From positions 1,544,760 through 1,608,759 of the forward strand of contig CAWCKJ010000004.1 in assembly GCA_963796105.1 (NCBI GenBank): a stretch of DNA of 64,000 nucleotides, written 5' to 3'. Positions within the stretch are counted from its first letter, which is position 1, and each line of letters begins with the position of its first letter. This document shows, one piece after another, positions 40,822 through 50,341 of this stretch. Both the position numbers and the translations under genes were made by a program. Source of the stretch: a candidate division FCPU426 bacterium. GTDB taxonomy: Bacteria > Oederibacteriota > Muellerivitia > Muellerivitales > Muellerivitaceae. The notes beneath the pieces are model-generated. The model was not told the origin of the DNA, made no database searches, and saw only the letters and a program-made list of their open reading frames with translations.

Positions 40822-41736
40822 TCACTTTCCGGAAAAGGCTTTAACCAGCGTGGACACGATGAAATCGAATTTCGAGAAGACATCCTTGGCCTCCGGCACG
40901 CCCTTGACCTCGGTGGGGATCTCATAGGCGGTCCCATCCGCCTTCTTGGCCAATTGCTCGGCCGCGTCAGCCTCGTAATAGGGCTGGTACAGCACCACCT
41001 TCACGCCCGCCGCTTTCATGGCCTCCGCTGTCTCGTTCAAGTAGCGCGGGTTGGGCGGGATGCCGGGCTTTGGTTCCACCGTCCCGAAAAGTTTCAAGCT
41101 GAAGCGGTCGATGAAATAATCGAAATTCTTGTGGTAGGTCACGACCTGCGCCCCCTTGTAAGGTTTCAAGGCTTTTTTCCATCCGGCCAAGGCTTTGTCG
41201 ATTCTCGCGTCGAAATCCTTGGCGTTGGCCGCGTAATCGGCGGCGTTTGCGGGGTCCAGGTCGGAAAAAACCTGGGCCAGGTGGTCGGCCACGACCTTCA
41301 AGTTGAGAGGGTCGGTGTAATAGTGCGGGTTCCCCAGGGGATGCACGTCTCCCTCGGCCCGGCTGACGGTCCCGATTGGTTTCTCCAGGACGTTGACTCC
41401 CTCGGAGGCGTCCACGAAACCCTTGGCCCCGGCCTGGATCTTGGGATTGCGGCTTCCGGGAAGAACCAGGGGAAGCCAGCCCCCGTCCAGTTCCAGGCCC
41501 ACCGAGATGAACACGTCGGCGTTCTGGATGGCCTTCATCAGGCTGGGCTTGGCCGGCACGAAGTGCGGGTCCTCATATCCCTTGCAAAGACTCGTGGCCG
41601 TCACGTGTTTGCCTCCCACCTCCTGGGCCACGGAGGCTAGGTCCTCCAACGCTGTGGCCACCTTCAGGTCCGCGAAGGCGGGCAGGGCTAAAAACCAGGC
41701 TAACATCACCGTCATGATTGCTTTTGTAAATTTCAT
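40822..41736 (-). CDS. Metal ABC transporter substrate-binding protein (ZnuA/TroA-like)
   Basis: EDPH, GDVHPLGNPHY, YH..F.YF, EPKPGIPP. Confidence 0.9.
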   Translation of the reverse strand: MKFTKAIMTVMLAWFLALPAFADLKVATALEDLASVAQEVGGKHVTATSLCKGYEDPHFVPAKPSLMKAIQNADVFISVGLELDGGWLPLVLPGSRNPKIQAGAKGFVDASEGVNVLEKPIGTVSRAEGDVHPLGNPHYYTDPLNLKVVADHLAQVFSDLDPANAADYAANAKDFDARIDKALAGWKKALKPYKGAQVVTYHKNFDYFIDRFSLKLFGTVEPKPGIPPNPRYLNETAEAMKAAGVKVVLYQPYYEADAAEQLAKKADGTAYEIPTEVKGVPEAKDVFSKFDFIVSTLVKAFSGK

Positions 41737-41852
41737 CTTTTTCTCCTTTTTTAAGTTTGTATCTGATTTTTTGTTTTGAATTTAAAGTTTTAAATTGTTG
41801 GGATTTCCGAGAAACGGAAATTTCATTAATTCAAAATTGCCTTTCTCTGTTT

Positions 41853-42977
41853 TTAGTAAGAGTGAGGCGGGTGGAACCCGATCACGTAGTTGAATTGAAG
41901 CATCACCCGGTTGTCCACTTGCCCCGCGTCGTTGCGGGCGTAGCTGTAGTCGGCCCGGACTTCCGAGAATTCCGAGGCCAGCCAAGCGATGTCAAAGGTG
42001 CCCCGCTGGACGTGTCCCGTGAGCGAGTTTTCGGTGGGGTCCACCGCCAAATCGTTCACGGTGTGGAAGCATTCCTCGGCGCGGATTCCGGTCCACCATT
42101 CCTGGCTCAACCGGTACTGGAAGGAACCGTACCACCCGTCCGACTCCTGGTTGTAGGTGCCGTCGTCGTAGGAAACCTTCTTGAGGTATTCCCCCTGGAG
42201 GATCCAGCCGTTCTGGTTGGACCGCCGCAAGGGAACGTTCCGGAAAGTCAGGTCAGCCCCATAGACCGCGTGGTGAAGGCCGTCAACCCCCATGCCTGTT
42301 AGGTCGGAAGCGCCCAATTCCATGGTGGTGTTCTCGTCCACGTCGAAGAGGTTCTTCAAGTGGGCCAGGTAGGGGATGTTGTCCTGCGAATTGGAGCCGA
42401 AATCCAGGGGATGGTTGCCCTGCCCGCCGTTCGCGGTTTCGTCATTGGCCACGGGGGTATAGGCCCCGCCGGTCAGTTCGCAAAACCAAGGGAAGGGGGT
42501 AAGCCAGGATGCCTGGATTCCCGCGTCCTTGAAACCCTCCATGCCGATGGTATTGCCCATGACGATGGGGGACTGAATGAAAGGGAAGGCGTGGGTGTGC
42601 AACTGGCCATGCTTCCCGAACTGGGCCCGCAACTCTCCGACCTTCAATTGCAGGTCCGGGATGCTTTCGCAGGTGGCGTAGGCTTCCTCGGCTTCAACGG
42701 TATCTGGAATTCCGTGGGCCGGGTCGGCCGCGAAAACCAAATTGGCCGTCAGGGTCCAGTAGGGGTCCACCGTTGAAATCACGCTGAGCTCTGCCTCCTG
42801 GAACTGCATACCCATGGGCTCGCTCAGGTTGGGGGCCGCCTGCCCCAGGAAAAGCGCGCTCATGCCGATGGCCGGGTTGGCCAGGTTGGAGATGATCGAG
42901 CGGGTTTGGGCCTGCGAGAAAGCCGGCGCCAAAGTGAGGGTGAAGATGAATACTAATAATTTAAAGCGATTGGACAT
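41853..42977 (-). CDS. Outer-membrane beta-barrel protein linked to metal uptake
   Basis: Signal peptide, NPAI, FGKHGQLHTH, C-terminal G.HPPH.Y. Confidence 0.7.
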   Translation of the reverse strand: MSNRFKLLVFIFTLTLAPAFSQAQTRSIISNLANPAIGMSALFLGQAAPNLSEPMGMQFQEAELSVISTVDPYWTLTANLVFAADPAHGIPDTVEAEEAYATCESIPDLQLKVGELRAQFGKHGQLHTHAFPFIQSPIVMGNTIGMEGFKDAGIQASWLTPFPWFCELTGGAYTPVANDETANGGQGNHPLDFGSNSQDNIPYLAHLKNLFDVDENTTMELGASDLTGMGVDGLHHAVYGADLTFRNVPLRRSNQNGWILQGEYLKKVSYDDGTYNQESDGWYGSFQYRLSQEWWTGIRAEECFHTVNDLAVDPTENSLTGHVQRGTFDIAWLASEFSEVRADYSYARNDAGQVDNRVMLQFNYVIGFHPPHSY

Positions 42978-43027
42978 AATTCCTCCCGTGTAATCGGCTT
43001 GATTTAAGCCGTTAATGAACTTCTAAA

Positions 43028-43321
43028 TTACAGGAGGTTTTTGGGAGGGGACCTGCCGGAGGGAGAGATGAAATGGAATGAGAAGACGAAAGGCTGGAAG
43101 AAAAAAACAAGAGAGACTAGGAGAATGGGAATGAGCGGTGGGGGAGGGGCGGGCGTGGAAGGGGCCTGGGAGCCTGTCACCTGCCAACTGCAAATGGTGC
43201 AGTCGTCACTGCCTTCCAAGCTCTCGTGATGGTGGAAAGTCTCAATCGTCAGGATGGCCAGGAATGCCGCGAGGGCTGAACAGGCCAGGAATATCGAGAT
43301 TTTTTTCTTAAACAAACCCAT
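43028..43321 (-). CDS. Small His/Cys-rich protein (DUF2946-like)
   Basis: TM, HHH, CxxC and terminal RSPP. Confidence 0.65.
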   Translation of the reverse strand: MGLFKKKISIFLACSALAAFLAILTIETFHHHESLEGSDDCTICSWQVTGSQAPSTPAPPPPLIPILLVSLVFFFQPFVFSFHFISPSGRSPPKNLL

Positions 43322-43528
43322 TCTTTTTCAGGTCCGAGTTGGCTTTATTTTTGGCTTAGATAACCGTGATAGTGTAAGGAGAATGGGACCGAAACGGCAA
43401 GGGGTAAAAGGGAACTTATGGTTAATTTAAAGGCTTAACCTTTGGAAAAGGCGGGCTGGAAAACCACGGCCCGATTGGAATACATAAATCCGAAATTGAA
43501 CCGCTCCGGGTTTAACCACCGGGCGATT

Positions 43529-44776
43529 CTATCGGATAGGAAAACCCTGCCCCCCATAAGGGGAGGTGTCCTCCGGTGTGGGGGTGGGGGGCGGGAGTGG
43601 AGTCGCTGTCGCGCCGGGATTCCCCGCCGGCGCTATCACCGGCTCATCGGGTTTGATCAACTTAAGCCGGATGACGCAGTTGTTTTGGATGTCCGTGATA
43701 TAGAGACGGTTCTTGGAATCGCAGGCCACACCGCGGAACCTCGGGGGGGCGGCTAGTTTCAAGTTCTCGTCCTCGGCCCGCCATTGGCCGACGAAGTCGA
43801 AGCGCCCGTTGATGAATTCCACCCGGCCGGTCTGGCCGTCGGCCACGGCGATCATGCCGGATTTGGTCATGCACACCCCCGCCGGCTCCTTGAATTGGTA
43901 GGGACCGTCCCCATACCAGCCCATGACCGTGACGGGGCTGTTGCTGGTGGGGGTGGGCTCGATCGTGACGACGCCCGAATCGGTGCTGACCGGCGACGCC
44001 TCGATGCTGGCCGGTGTCCGGTCGTTAAAGACCTGGATGCGGAAGTTACCTGTGTCGGCCAGGATCCCCTGGTCGATGCCGTTTAAGGCCATTCCCAGGG
44101 GAAGGTTGAGGAAACCGTCCTGGGTGCCGTAAGTCCCCCATGTGAAGTTGAATTTCCCCATGTTAGTGAAGTTGGAGACCCGGGAGTTCCCCGAATCCAG
44201 CACCCAGATGTTCCCGAAATGGTCCCTGGCCACGACGCGCGGATTGTCGAACTGGCGGTGGTGGGTCCCCAGGCTTCCCCAGGAAAGGTTGACGAGGCCG
44301 TCGGGGTCCAGCACGACGACGCGGTGGTTGAGCGTGTCGGCGACGTAGATCTGGCCGCCGGGCGCCACCATCACCCCCGCGGGATGGTCGAATTGCGGAT
44401 CATTGCGCCAGACGGCGGCGGGGCCCCGGGAGCCGATGGATTTGAGGGGCTGTCCGTCGCAGGTCCACACCTGGATGCGGCTATTCTGGGTGTCCGCGAT
44501 GTAAAGCTTGTCGTCGGGGCTCACGAAAATTCCCTCAGGACCGTCGAGTTCGTTCGGGCCCGTGCCTTTTGTCCCCAAGACGGTGTCGAAGGTGTAAATT
44601 TTCTCGCCGGTCCAGCTTTTAGGCAGGGCGTTGGGCGGGGGAGTCTGTTCGGGCGGGACAGCGACGGTGGGCGTTGAAGCCTTATTGGCGTCATCAGTCC
44701 AAGTGACGCCGGGAACGGCCATGAAAGCCAGGCAGAGGATTAGTAAACCGAGTATTATTTTTAAGTAGGAAGACAT
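43529..44776 (-). CDS. Secreted NHL-repeat protein
   Basis: Repeated P.G....YxADT.N.R motifs; Pro/Thr-rich tail. Confidence 0.9.
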   Translation of the reverse strand: MSSYLKIILGLLILCLAFMAVPGVTWTDDANKASTPTVAVPPEQTPPPNALPKSWTGEKIYTFDTVLGTKGTGPNELDGPEGIFVSPDDKLYIADTQNSRIQVWTCDGQPLKSIGSRGPAAVWRNDPQFDHPAGVMVAPGGQIYVADTLNHRVVVLDPDGLVNLSWGSLGTHHRQFDNPRVVARDHFGNIWVLDSGNSRVSNFTNMGKFNFTWGTYGTQDGFLNLPLGMALNGIDQGILADTGNFRIQVFNDRTPASIEASPVSTDSGVVTIEPTPTSNSPVTVMGWYGDGPYQFKEPAGVCMTKSGMIAVADGQTGRVEFINGRFDFVGQWRAEDENLKLAAPPRFRGVACDSKNRLYITDIQNNCVIRLKLIKPDEPVIAPAGNPGATATPLPPPTPTPEDTSPYGGQGFPIR

Positions 44777-45025
44777 GAAAACAATGCTATACGCCTAATT
44801 AATTCCCGTCAATGCTTCGATGGATGAGAACTTGCGTTTCATATTCTCGATTTAGAAGATCTAACGAAATTACAGGCTTGGGAAAATTGCTCTGCCAATC
44901 ACACATTAAGACGTTTTGATTTCTTTTGATTAATGGCATTTCCTTGCTGTGCCTCTGTGCGCTGTCGAAGACAGCCTGTGGTGAAAGAATTTTTGTTAGA
45001 AGTTCTTAATTTAGGGGCGCGCCGG

Positions 45026-45886
45026 CTATTTGCTTTTTTGATCTATTGATGGAGTAACAACGTCCGTTGGGGATGGCTTGAATTGATCCGCCCTTTTTTT
45101 GGCCTCGCTTATTTGCCCGGCGCTCAAGCGTTTTTTCAGCCAATTAATTTCATCCTGAAGCTCCGCGGTTTTGCCGGCTTCCAGGCCGTCATGCCTCAGG
45201 GCCAGCAAGAACCACTTATAGGACTCCACCAGGTCCTTGGGGGTTCCCTCGCCGAGTGAAGCCATCTGTCCCAGGTTGACCTGGGCCTCCTCATCCCCCT
45301 GCCGGGCGGCTTTTTGGAACCAGTAATAGGCCTCGTCCCAATCCCTTTCCATGCCCTCTCCCTGCGCGGCCATCAAGGCCAGGTTCATTTGCGCCGAGCC
45401 CAGGCCTCCCCTGGCCGCTTTCCTGAACCAGGAAACGGCCATGGAGTCATCGCGTTTCACTCCCCAACCTGAATGGTAGAGAACGCCCATGTTGTTTTGG
45501 CCCCCCGGGTCGCCCTTTCGTGCGGAGCGCTCGAACCAAAGCTTCGCCTTGGCGTAATCCCTTTTGACCCCCAGGCCTTTCTCGAACATCAAACCCAAGG
45601 CGCATTGGCCGGCGGGAACGCCCTTTTTGGCGCTTTGCCGGAAATAAACGAGGGCCGAGGCAAAGTCCCGGTTTATCAAGGCCTGTTGGCCCAAACCGAG
45701 GGAATCCTCCGCTGACCGGCTGATTTCAGGCCCCGGCTTTAGCCGGGGACTAGCCGTGTACTTGGCCGGGGATTCTACCCCGGCCAAGTGGTGACCCGAA
45801 GGGTCATCCCTTGACGCCGGGAATGCTCCGGCTATTAAAAGGAAAAACATGAATAAGGATTGGAAGAAATGAGATCGGTTCATCAT
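45026..45886 (-). CDS. Sel1-repeat secreted protein
   Basis: Repeated LG.M...G.GV..D...A..WF.KAA. Confidence 0.9.
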   Translation of the reverse strand: MMNRSHFFQSLFMFFLLIAGAFPASRDDPSGHHLAGVESPAKYTASPRLKPGPEISRSAEDSLGLGQQALINRDFASALVYFRQSAKKGVPAGQCALGLMFEKGLGVKRDYAKAKLWFERSARKGDPGGQNNMGVLYHSGWGVKRDDSMAVSWFRKAARGGLGSAQMNLALMAAQGEGMERDWDEAYYWFQKAARQGDEEAQVNLGQMASLGEGTPKDLVESYKWFLLALRHDGLEAGKTAELQDEINWLKKRLSAGQISEAKKRADQFKPSPTDVVTPSIDQKSK

Positions 45887-45917
45887 GGGGAAGCTTTACT
45901 CTATGGATGAGAGGATT

Positions 45918-46235
45918 TTAGGCGCTCTTTTTACCGCGGACAAGTTCCTTCGCGAAAACAATCCGCACTCCAAAGGCATGAAGAATCTTTTCAAGACTGG
46001 TAAGGGTTGGGTTTCCTTTTTCGGAAAGCGTGGTATAGAGGGCTTCCCTGGCCAACTGTGTTTCTTGGGAAAGTTTTTTCATCCCCCCCAGGGCGTCTGC
46101 CACGTTCTTCAAGGCTCTTAAAAAGTATTTAAAGTCCCCGGTTTCCCAAGCGGCGTTGATGTATCCAATCCGCCTTGCGGGTTTTTTCAATTCCTCGAAT
46201 AAATATTCTTTGTGGTCAATTAACCTGAATTTCAT
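45918..46235 (-). CDS. Addiction-module antitoxin (HigA/HI1420-like HTH)
   Basis: ALKNVA..GGM..LS..T.L.RE.LY..LS..GNPTL. Confidence 0.88.
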   Translation of the reverse strand: MKFRLIDHKEYLFEELKKPARRIGYINAAWETGDFKYFLRALKNVADALGGMKKLSQETQLAREALYTTLSEKGNPTLTSLEKILHAFGVRIVFAKELVRGKKSA

Positions 46236-46236
46236 T

Positions 46237-46365
46237 TTAAACTCCGTTAATCGCCGTCTGAATGCGTTCCTTGGCGGTATTATCCTTCAAACGACGGTGC
46301 CACTCTTTGTAAAGCTCTTTTCCGTCAACTTCCAAAAATTTCACTTCAAAAGAGTGGTTTTCCAT
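46237..46365 (-). pseudogene. Truncated RelE/HigB-like toxin (42 aa; not in the ORF track)
   Basis: MENHSFEVKFLEVDGKELYKEWHRRLKDNTAKERIQTAINGV*, the N-terminal half of an HI1419-type toxin, ending 1 bp before the antitoxin ATG. Confidence 0.7.
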
Positions 46366-46377
46366 GCCTGGGCCTAG

Positions 46378-46395
46378 AGTAATATATATATTACT
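46378..46395. promoter_or_regulatory. Putative toxin-antitoxin operator
   Basis: Perfect 18-bp palindrome AGTAATATATATATTACT, 12 bp upstream of the toxin ATG. Confidence 0.6.
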
Positions 46396-46751
46396 TATTT
46401 TCAAGCCTTTCTTTCGCGAAAAGTTCCCTCAAGCCGCTTCCCCCTTCTTCCCGAATTTCACCAGCCAATATTTGCCCTGGGCTTTTATCGGGGCTGGCTG
46501 TGTACTCGTGAACTTTACCTGGACATCCGTCTTTTCAATGAAAGAGGGCTGTGGAAAATACGAGTGGCGGCTTGAAGAGCCGTTCTTGAAGGCTGCGGGG
46601 GCTGCGGACGGCGAGCCGTCTTTTATAAAAAATCCATAGCGTGGAAATTTAAGGTTTAGGGCCGGAAAGGGCAAGCGGATCTGGAGAAACAAGGGCAACC
46701 ATTTTGGTTTTGTTGGAAATATGAACCGAAGGAAAATTAGAGAACTAAATT

Positions 46752-47583
46752 TTATTGAATTTCTCGGATCTGATTGTTGTTACTATCCGCAACATAAATA
46801 GTTTCAAAAGCATCAACTGCGACTCCATTAGGCCAATAGAAAGATGCAGCGGTTCCAGTTCCATTTGTGGCACTACCTGGTCCTCCTCCTGCCAGAGTCG
46901 AAACTACTCCTCCAGGTGTAATTTCTCGGATAAGATTATTGCCTGTATCCCCGACATATACATTTCCGCAAGAATCGGCTGTATTCGGCAAGAGAGAAAA
47001 GGAAAACCAGGCTGAAGTGCTGGTGGCGGTTGAAAGCAAAGAATGGATAGATGAGAAAGGGCGCAAAAAAGAGAAAGCGGGTTTTGCAAAGATAAAGGTG
47101 ACCGCAGAAACCAAGTGGGAAGCCCAAGCATTCGTCGATCAAGCAATCCAGAAAGGCGCCATGATAAACACGGATGCCAGTCCCAGCTTGAGAAACTTGG
47201 AAAACGTGGATGTGGAGTACCAGGTAACAGCCAATGACCCAGTGGTGTTAAATCACTGGTTACCTTGGGTCCACCGATTCATTTCCAACGCCAAGGCTTG
47301 GATCCTAGGAACCCATCATGGAGTCAACGTGAAATATCTGCCTGGATACTTGAGCGAATATACTTATCGGTTCAATCGTCGCCATGACCCAGATTCCTTA
47401 TTTCACCGGGCCTTAACCGCTTGCGCTTTGGCAAAACCCATTACTGCGCAAGCGTTGTTCGGATAGGCATGTCAAACTGCTTTGGCATGGAAGGGGTACT
47501 AATATTTCTGGAACATCCAGCCATAATGGTAAAAACCGACAAAACCAGAATAGTTAGCGTTTGCAGAACTAATTTTTGAATCA
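46752..47583 (-). pseudogene. NHL-repeat lipoprotein disrupted by an IS1595 remnant
   Basis: N-terminus MIQKLV..MAGC at about 47470-47583; C-terminal NHL repeats GNVYVGDTGNNLIREIT.. at 46752 to about 46980. Confidence 0.7.
46980..47470 (+). mobile_element. IS1595-family transposase, 3' remnant
   Basis: VLVAVE, INTDA, WVHRFISNAKAWILGTHHGV..YLSEYTYRFNRR. No N-terminal zinc ribbon. Confidence 0.85.
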
Positions 47584-48240
47584 TACTTGCCTCCGAATCT
47601 GACCGGCAATCCGAATTTGGGTCATTTGGCAAAGCAATATGACCCTATTTTCTACCCTATAGACGGCATTATGGGGTTTTATTGCCTATATTTTATTTTT
47701 GGAAAAAAGCTAAGAAATTAACGGTATTTATGGTTGATGAAACAAAGCGATATCTGAAGGTTTTCTGGCAATGGCCGAAAGTTCATAGGCTTCCACTCAA
47801 TTGACCATAAATGAATGACTTCTGCGGTCAGTGTTACCTGAAGCTTGCCCAGCCGCTGGGCAAAATTGCCGTATTTATTAGCTTGCGACCACAGAACTGT
47901 CCAGCGGCTGGACAGATAACACCCATGGGAATCGAATCGCGCAACTTTTGCGGAATCGCGCAACTTACCAGCACAAGTCTTGCACCGACTCGGGGCAAAA
48001 TGACGGTAGGTGTCACCAGGTTATCTCGGGTTATCGACGGAAATGTGGGCAGAAAGCCAATATTCACCACATGCCAGCCTTCCACTAAGCTTTTAAAGAG
48101 GCTGGTATCGTACCGATCTCAATAATAACAAACGAAAGATCGGCACAGGGTCCCAGAGACTCAGCCAAAGGGGTGATTTATTGAAAAATTCACCCAGCTA
48201 TGCCGATAGGCCCTCTCCATGCGAGCGGGATCCCCGGCGT

Positions 48241-48513
48241 CTGCGGGCAGGGCTTCCTGTGCCTGCGGGCAGGGTTTCGGGACCTGCGGGCAGGACTTCC
48301 AGCGTCTGCGGGCAGGGCTACTGGCGTCTACGGGCAGGGCTTCCGGCACCTGCGGGCAGGACCCCCGAAACTTGCGGGTAGGGCTACTGGCATGTGCGGG
48401 CAGGGTCTTGGGACCTGCGGGCAGGCCTACCGACGTCTGCGGGCAGGACTACCAACACCTGCGGGCAGGGCTACCAGGACATGCGGGCAGGACTCCCGAA
48501 ACTTGCGGGCAGG
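48241..48513 (+). repeat. 13-unit array of (C)TGCGGGCAGG with 10-11 bp variable linkers (period 21-22 bp)
   Basis: Units parsed by eye; 11 of 13 carry exact TGCGGGCAGG. Confidence 0.95.
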
Positions 48514-48772
48514 GGATCCACTGGAACTGCCCTGGAACCTTGGAACCCAGGAATCCTGGAACTCTGGATGCATATTCCAATTGAAAGCGCGCACCCAATC
48601 CAATCGAATCCGCGCACTAAATCCAATCCAAAGCGCGCACCTAATCCAATCGAAAGCGTGCACCCCTAGAAAGCTATTTCTAGGGTTTGAAGGGAGGGCG
48701 AACGATGCGGGATAACCTTCAACAGGGTTATTCTTGGCCTTTTTTGGTTGTTCCAAAACCAAGGAGGTCGGA

Positions 48773-50320
48773 ATGCCAAGGGAGCGTTCATCCATGCGTC
48801 AAATCAGGGAAGTATTGCGGTTGAAGTACGAGAAGGGGCTGAGTCTTCGAAATATTGCCCGAGGCTGTGGACTAGGCGAAACAACTGTTCGGGAATATAT
48901 CATCAGGGCGCAGAAAGCCGGGTTGGTTTGGCCGCTTCCAGCCGATTTGGACGATGCCACGTTGGAAACACGACTATTCCCCTCGGGTCCCATCGAACCC
49001 AGAAATAAATCCAGACCCCTGCCCACCTGGAATCAAATCCACCAGGAACTTAAACGCAAGGGCGTTACCATGGAGCTCTTGTGGCAAGAGTACAAGAATA
49101 TCCATCCCGATGGATACCTGCGAAGCCGTTTCTTCGGGCTCTACCGGGACTGGACCCAAACCTTGGATGTTTCCATGCGGTTGGACCACAAGGCCGGTGA
49201 AAAGTTAATGGTCGATTACGCCGGCCTAACCATGCCCGTTGTGGATCGCTTGACCGGGGAAATTCGTGAAGCCCAAATCTTCGTGGCCGTGTCCTGCGCC
49301 AGTAATTACGCCTATGCCGAGGCCACCTGGACCCAGGGACTTCCAGATTGGATCGCCTCCCACCAAAGGGCTTTCAGATTCTTCGGTGGTATCCACGAGT
49401 TGATAGTTCCCGACAATCTCAAAAGCGGCATTACCCGTCCTTGCCGCTATGAGCCCCAACCCAATGCCACCTACCAGGAACTCGCCAACCATTACGGTAC
49501 TGCCATCCTTCCGGCCCGGGTCCGAAAACCAAGGGACAAGGCCAAGGTAGAAAAAGGCGTTCAGGATATCGAGCGTCAAATCCTAGCGGTTCTTCGCCAC
49601 CGGCAATTTTTCTCCCTCGCCGACCTCAACGAGGCCATCGCCGAGCTTTTGGTGAAGTTCAATGCCAAACCCTTCCAGAAGATTCCCGGTTCCCGAAAGT
49701 CCCTCTTTGAGGAGCTGGAAAAGCCCCTTTTGAAGCCTCTTCCTGAGGTTCCCTACGACTTCGCCCAATGGAAACAAGCCCGGGTGCATATCGACTACCA
49801 CGTCGAAATCGACCGACACTATTACAGCATTCCCTACCAATTGGTCGGCCAAAGTATTTGGGTTCGAACCACATCCTCCATCGTGGAATGTTTCCACCAA
49901 CACAAGCGGGTGGCCAGCCATTTACGGTCCTTCGTGAAAGGCTATCACACTACCTGCAAGGACCATATGCCCAAGAATCACAAGGACTACGGGGATTGGA
50001 GCCCCGAAAGACTTTTGCGCTGGGCTCATTCGCTGGGGGATTCAGTCGAGAAATGCGTGGAACAGATATTGGCTTCCAAAGTTCATCCCCAGCAGGGTTA
50101 CCGGGCCTGTCTGGGACTTATCCAACTTTCCAAGCAGTTCGGCGCGGCGAGGCTCAACGCCGCCTGCTCGCGCGCTTTGGCTTCCAACGCTGTTTCCCGA
50201 AGGAGCATCCAGTCCATCCTCAAGACCGGCCTGGATCAGCGTCCCTTGGAAAGCCAAGTGGTGTGTTTACCCCTTCCCCTGCACGACAACGTACGGGGAT
50301 CGGCCTATTACCAGCTTTGA
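48773..50320 (+). CDS. istA: IS21 transposase
   Basis: N-terminal HTH, VDYAG, VPDNLKS, PRDKAKVE, HDNVRG..YY. Confidence 0.96.
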   Translation: MPRERSSMRQIREVLRLKYEKGLSLRNIARGCGLGETTVREYIIRAQKAGLVWPLPADLDDATLETRLFPSGPIEPRNKSRPLPTWNQIHQELKRKGVTMELLWQEYKNIHPDGYLRSRFFGLYRDWTQTLDVSMRLDHKAGEKLMVDYAGLTMPVVDRLTGEIREAQIFVAVSCASNYAYAEATWTQGLPDWIASHQRAFRFFGGIHELIVPDNLKSGITRPCRYEPQPNATYQELANHYGTAILPARVRKPRDKAKVEKGVQDIERQILAVLRHRQFFSLADLNEAIAELLVKFNAKPFQKIPGSRKSLFEELEKPLLKPLPEVPYDFAQWKQARVHIDYHVEIDRHYYSIPYQLVGQSIWVRTTSSIVECFHQHKRVASHLRSFVKGYHTTCKDHMPKNHKDYGDWSPERLLRWAHSLGDSVEKCVEQILASKVHPQQGYRACLGLIQLSKQFGAARLNAACSRALASNAVSRRSIQSILKTGLDQRPLESQVVCLPLPLHDNVRGSAYYQL

Positions 50321-50341
50321 AATCAATCACAAGGAGGACGT

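Noticed and set aside
46429..46698. 89-aa ORF as the missing toxin
   Set aside because: It has no toxin-like motif; the toxin remnant is at 46237-46365.
48241..48513. CRISPR or TIGR array
   Set aside because: The repeat (11 bp) and linkers (10-11 bp) are too short for CRISPR, the linkers resemble each other, and no cas or Nop-domain gene is in the window.
48161..48795. ORFs across the 22-bp array
   Set aside because: All frames give the same cycling low-complexity peptides, which are by-products of a stop-poor repeat.
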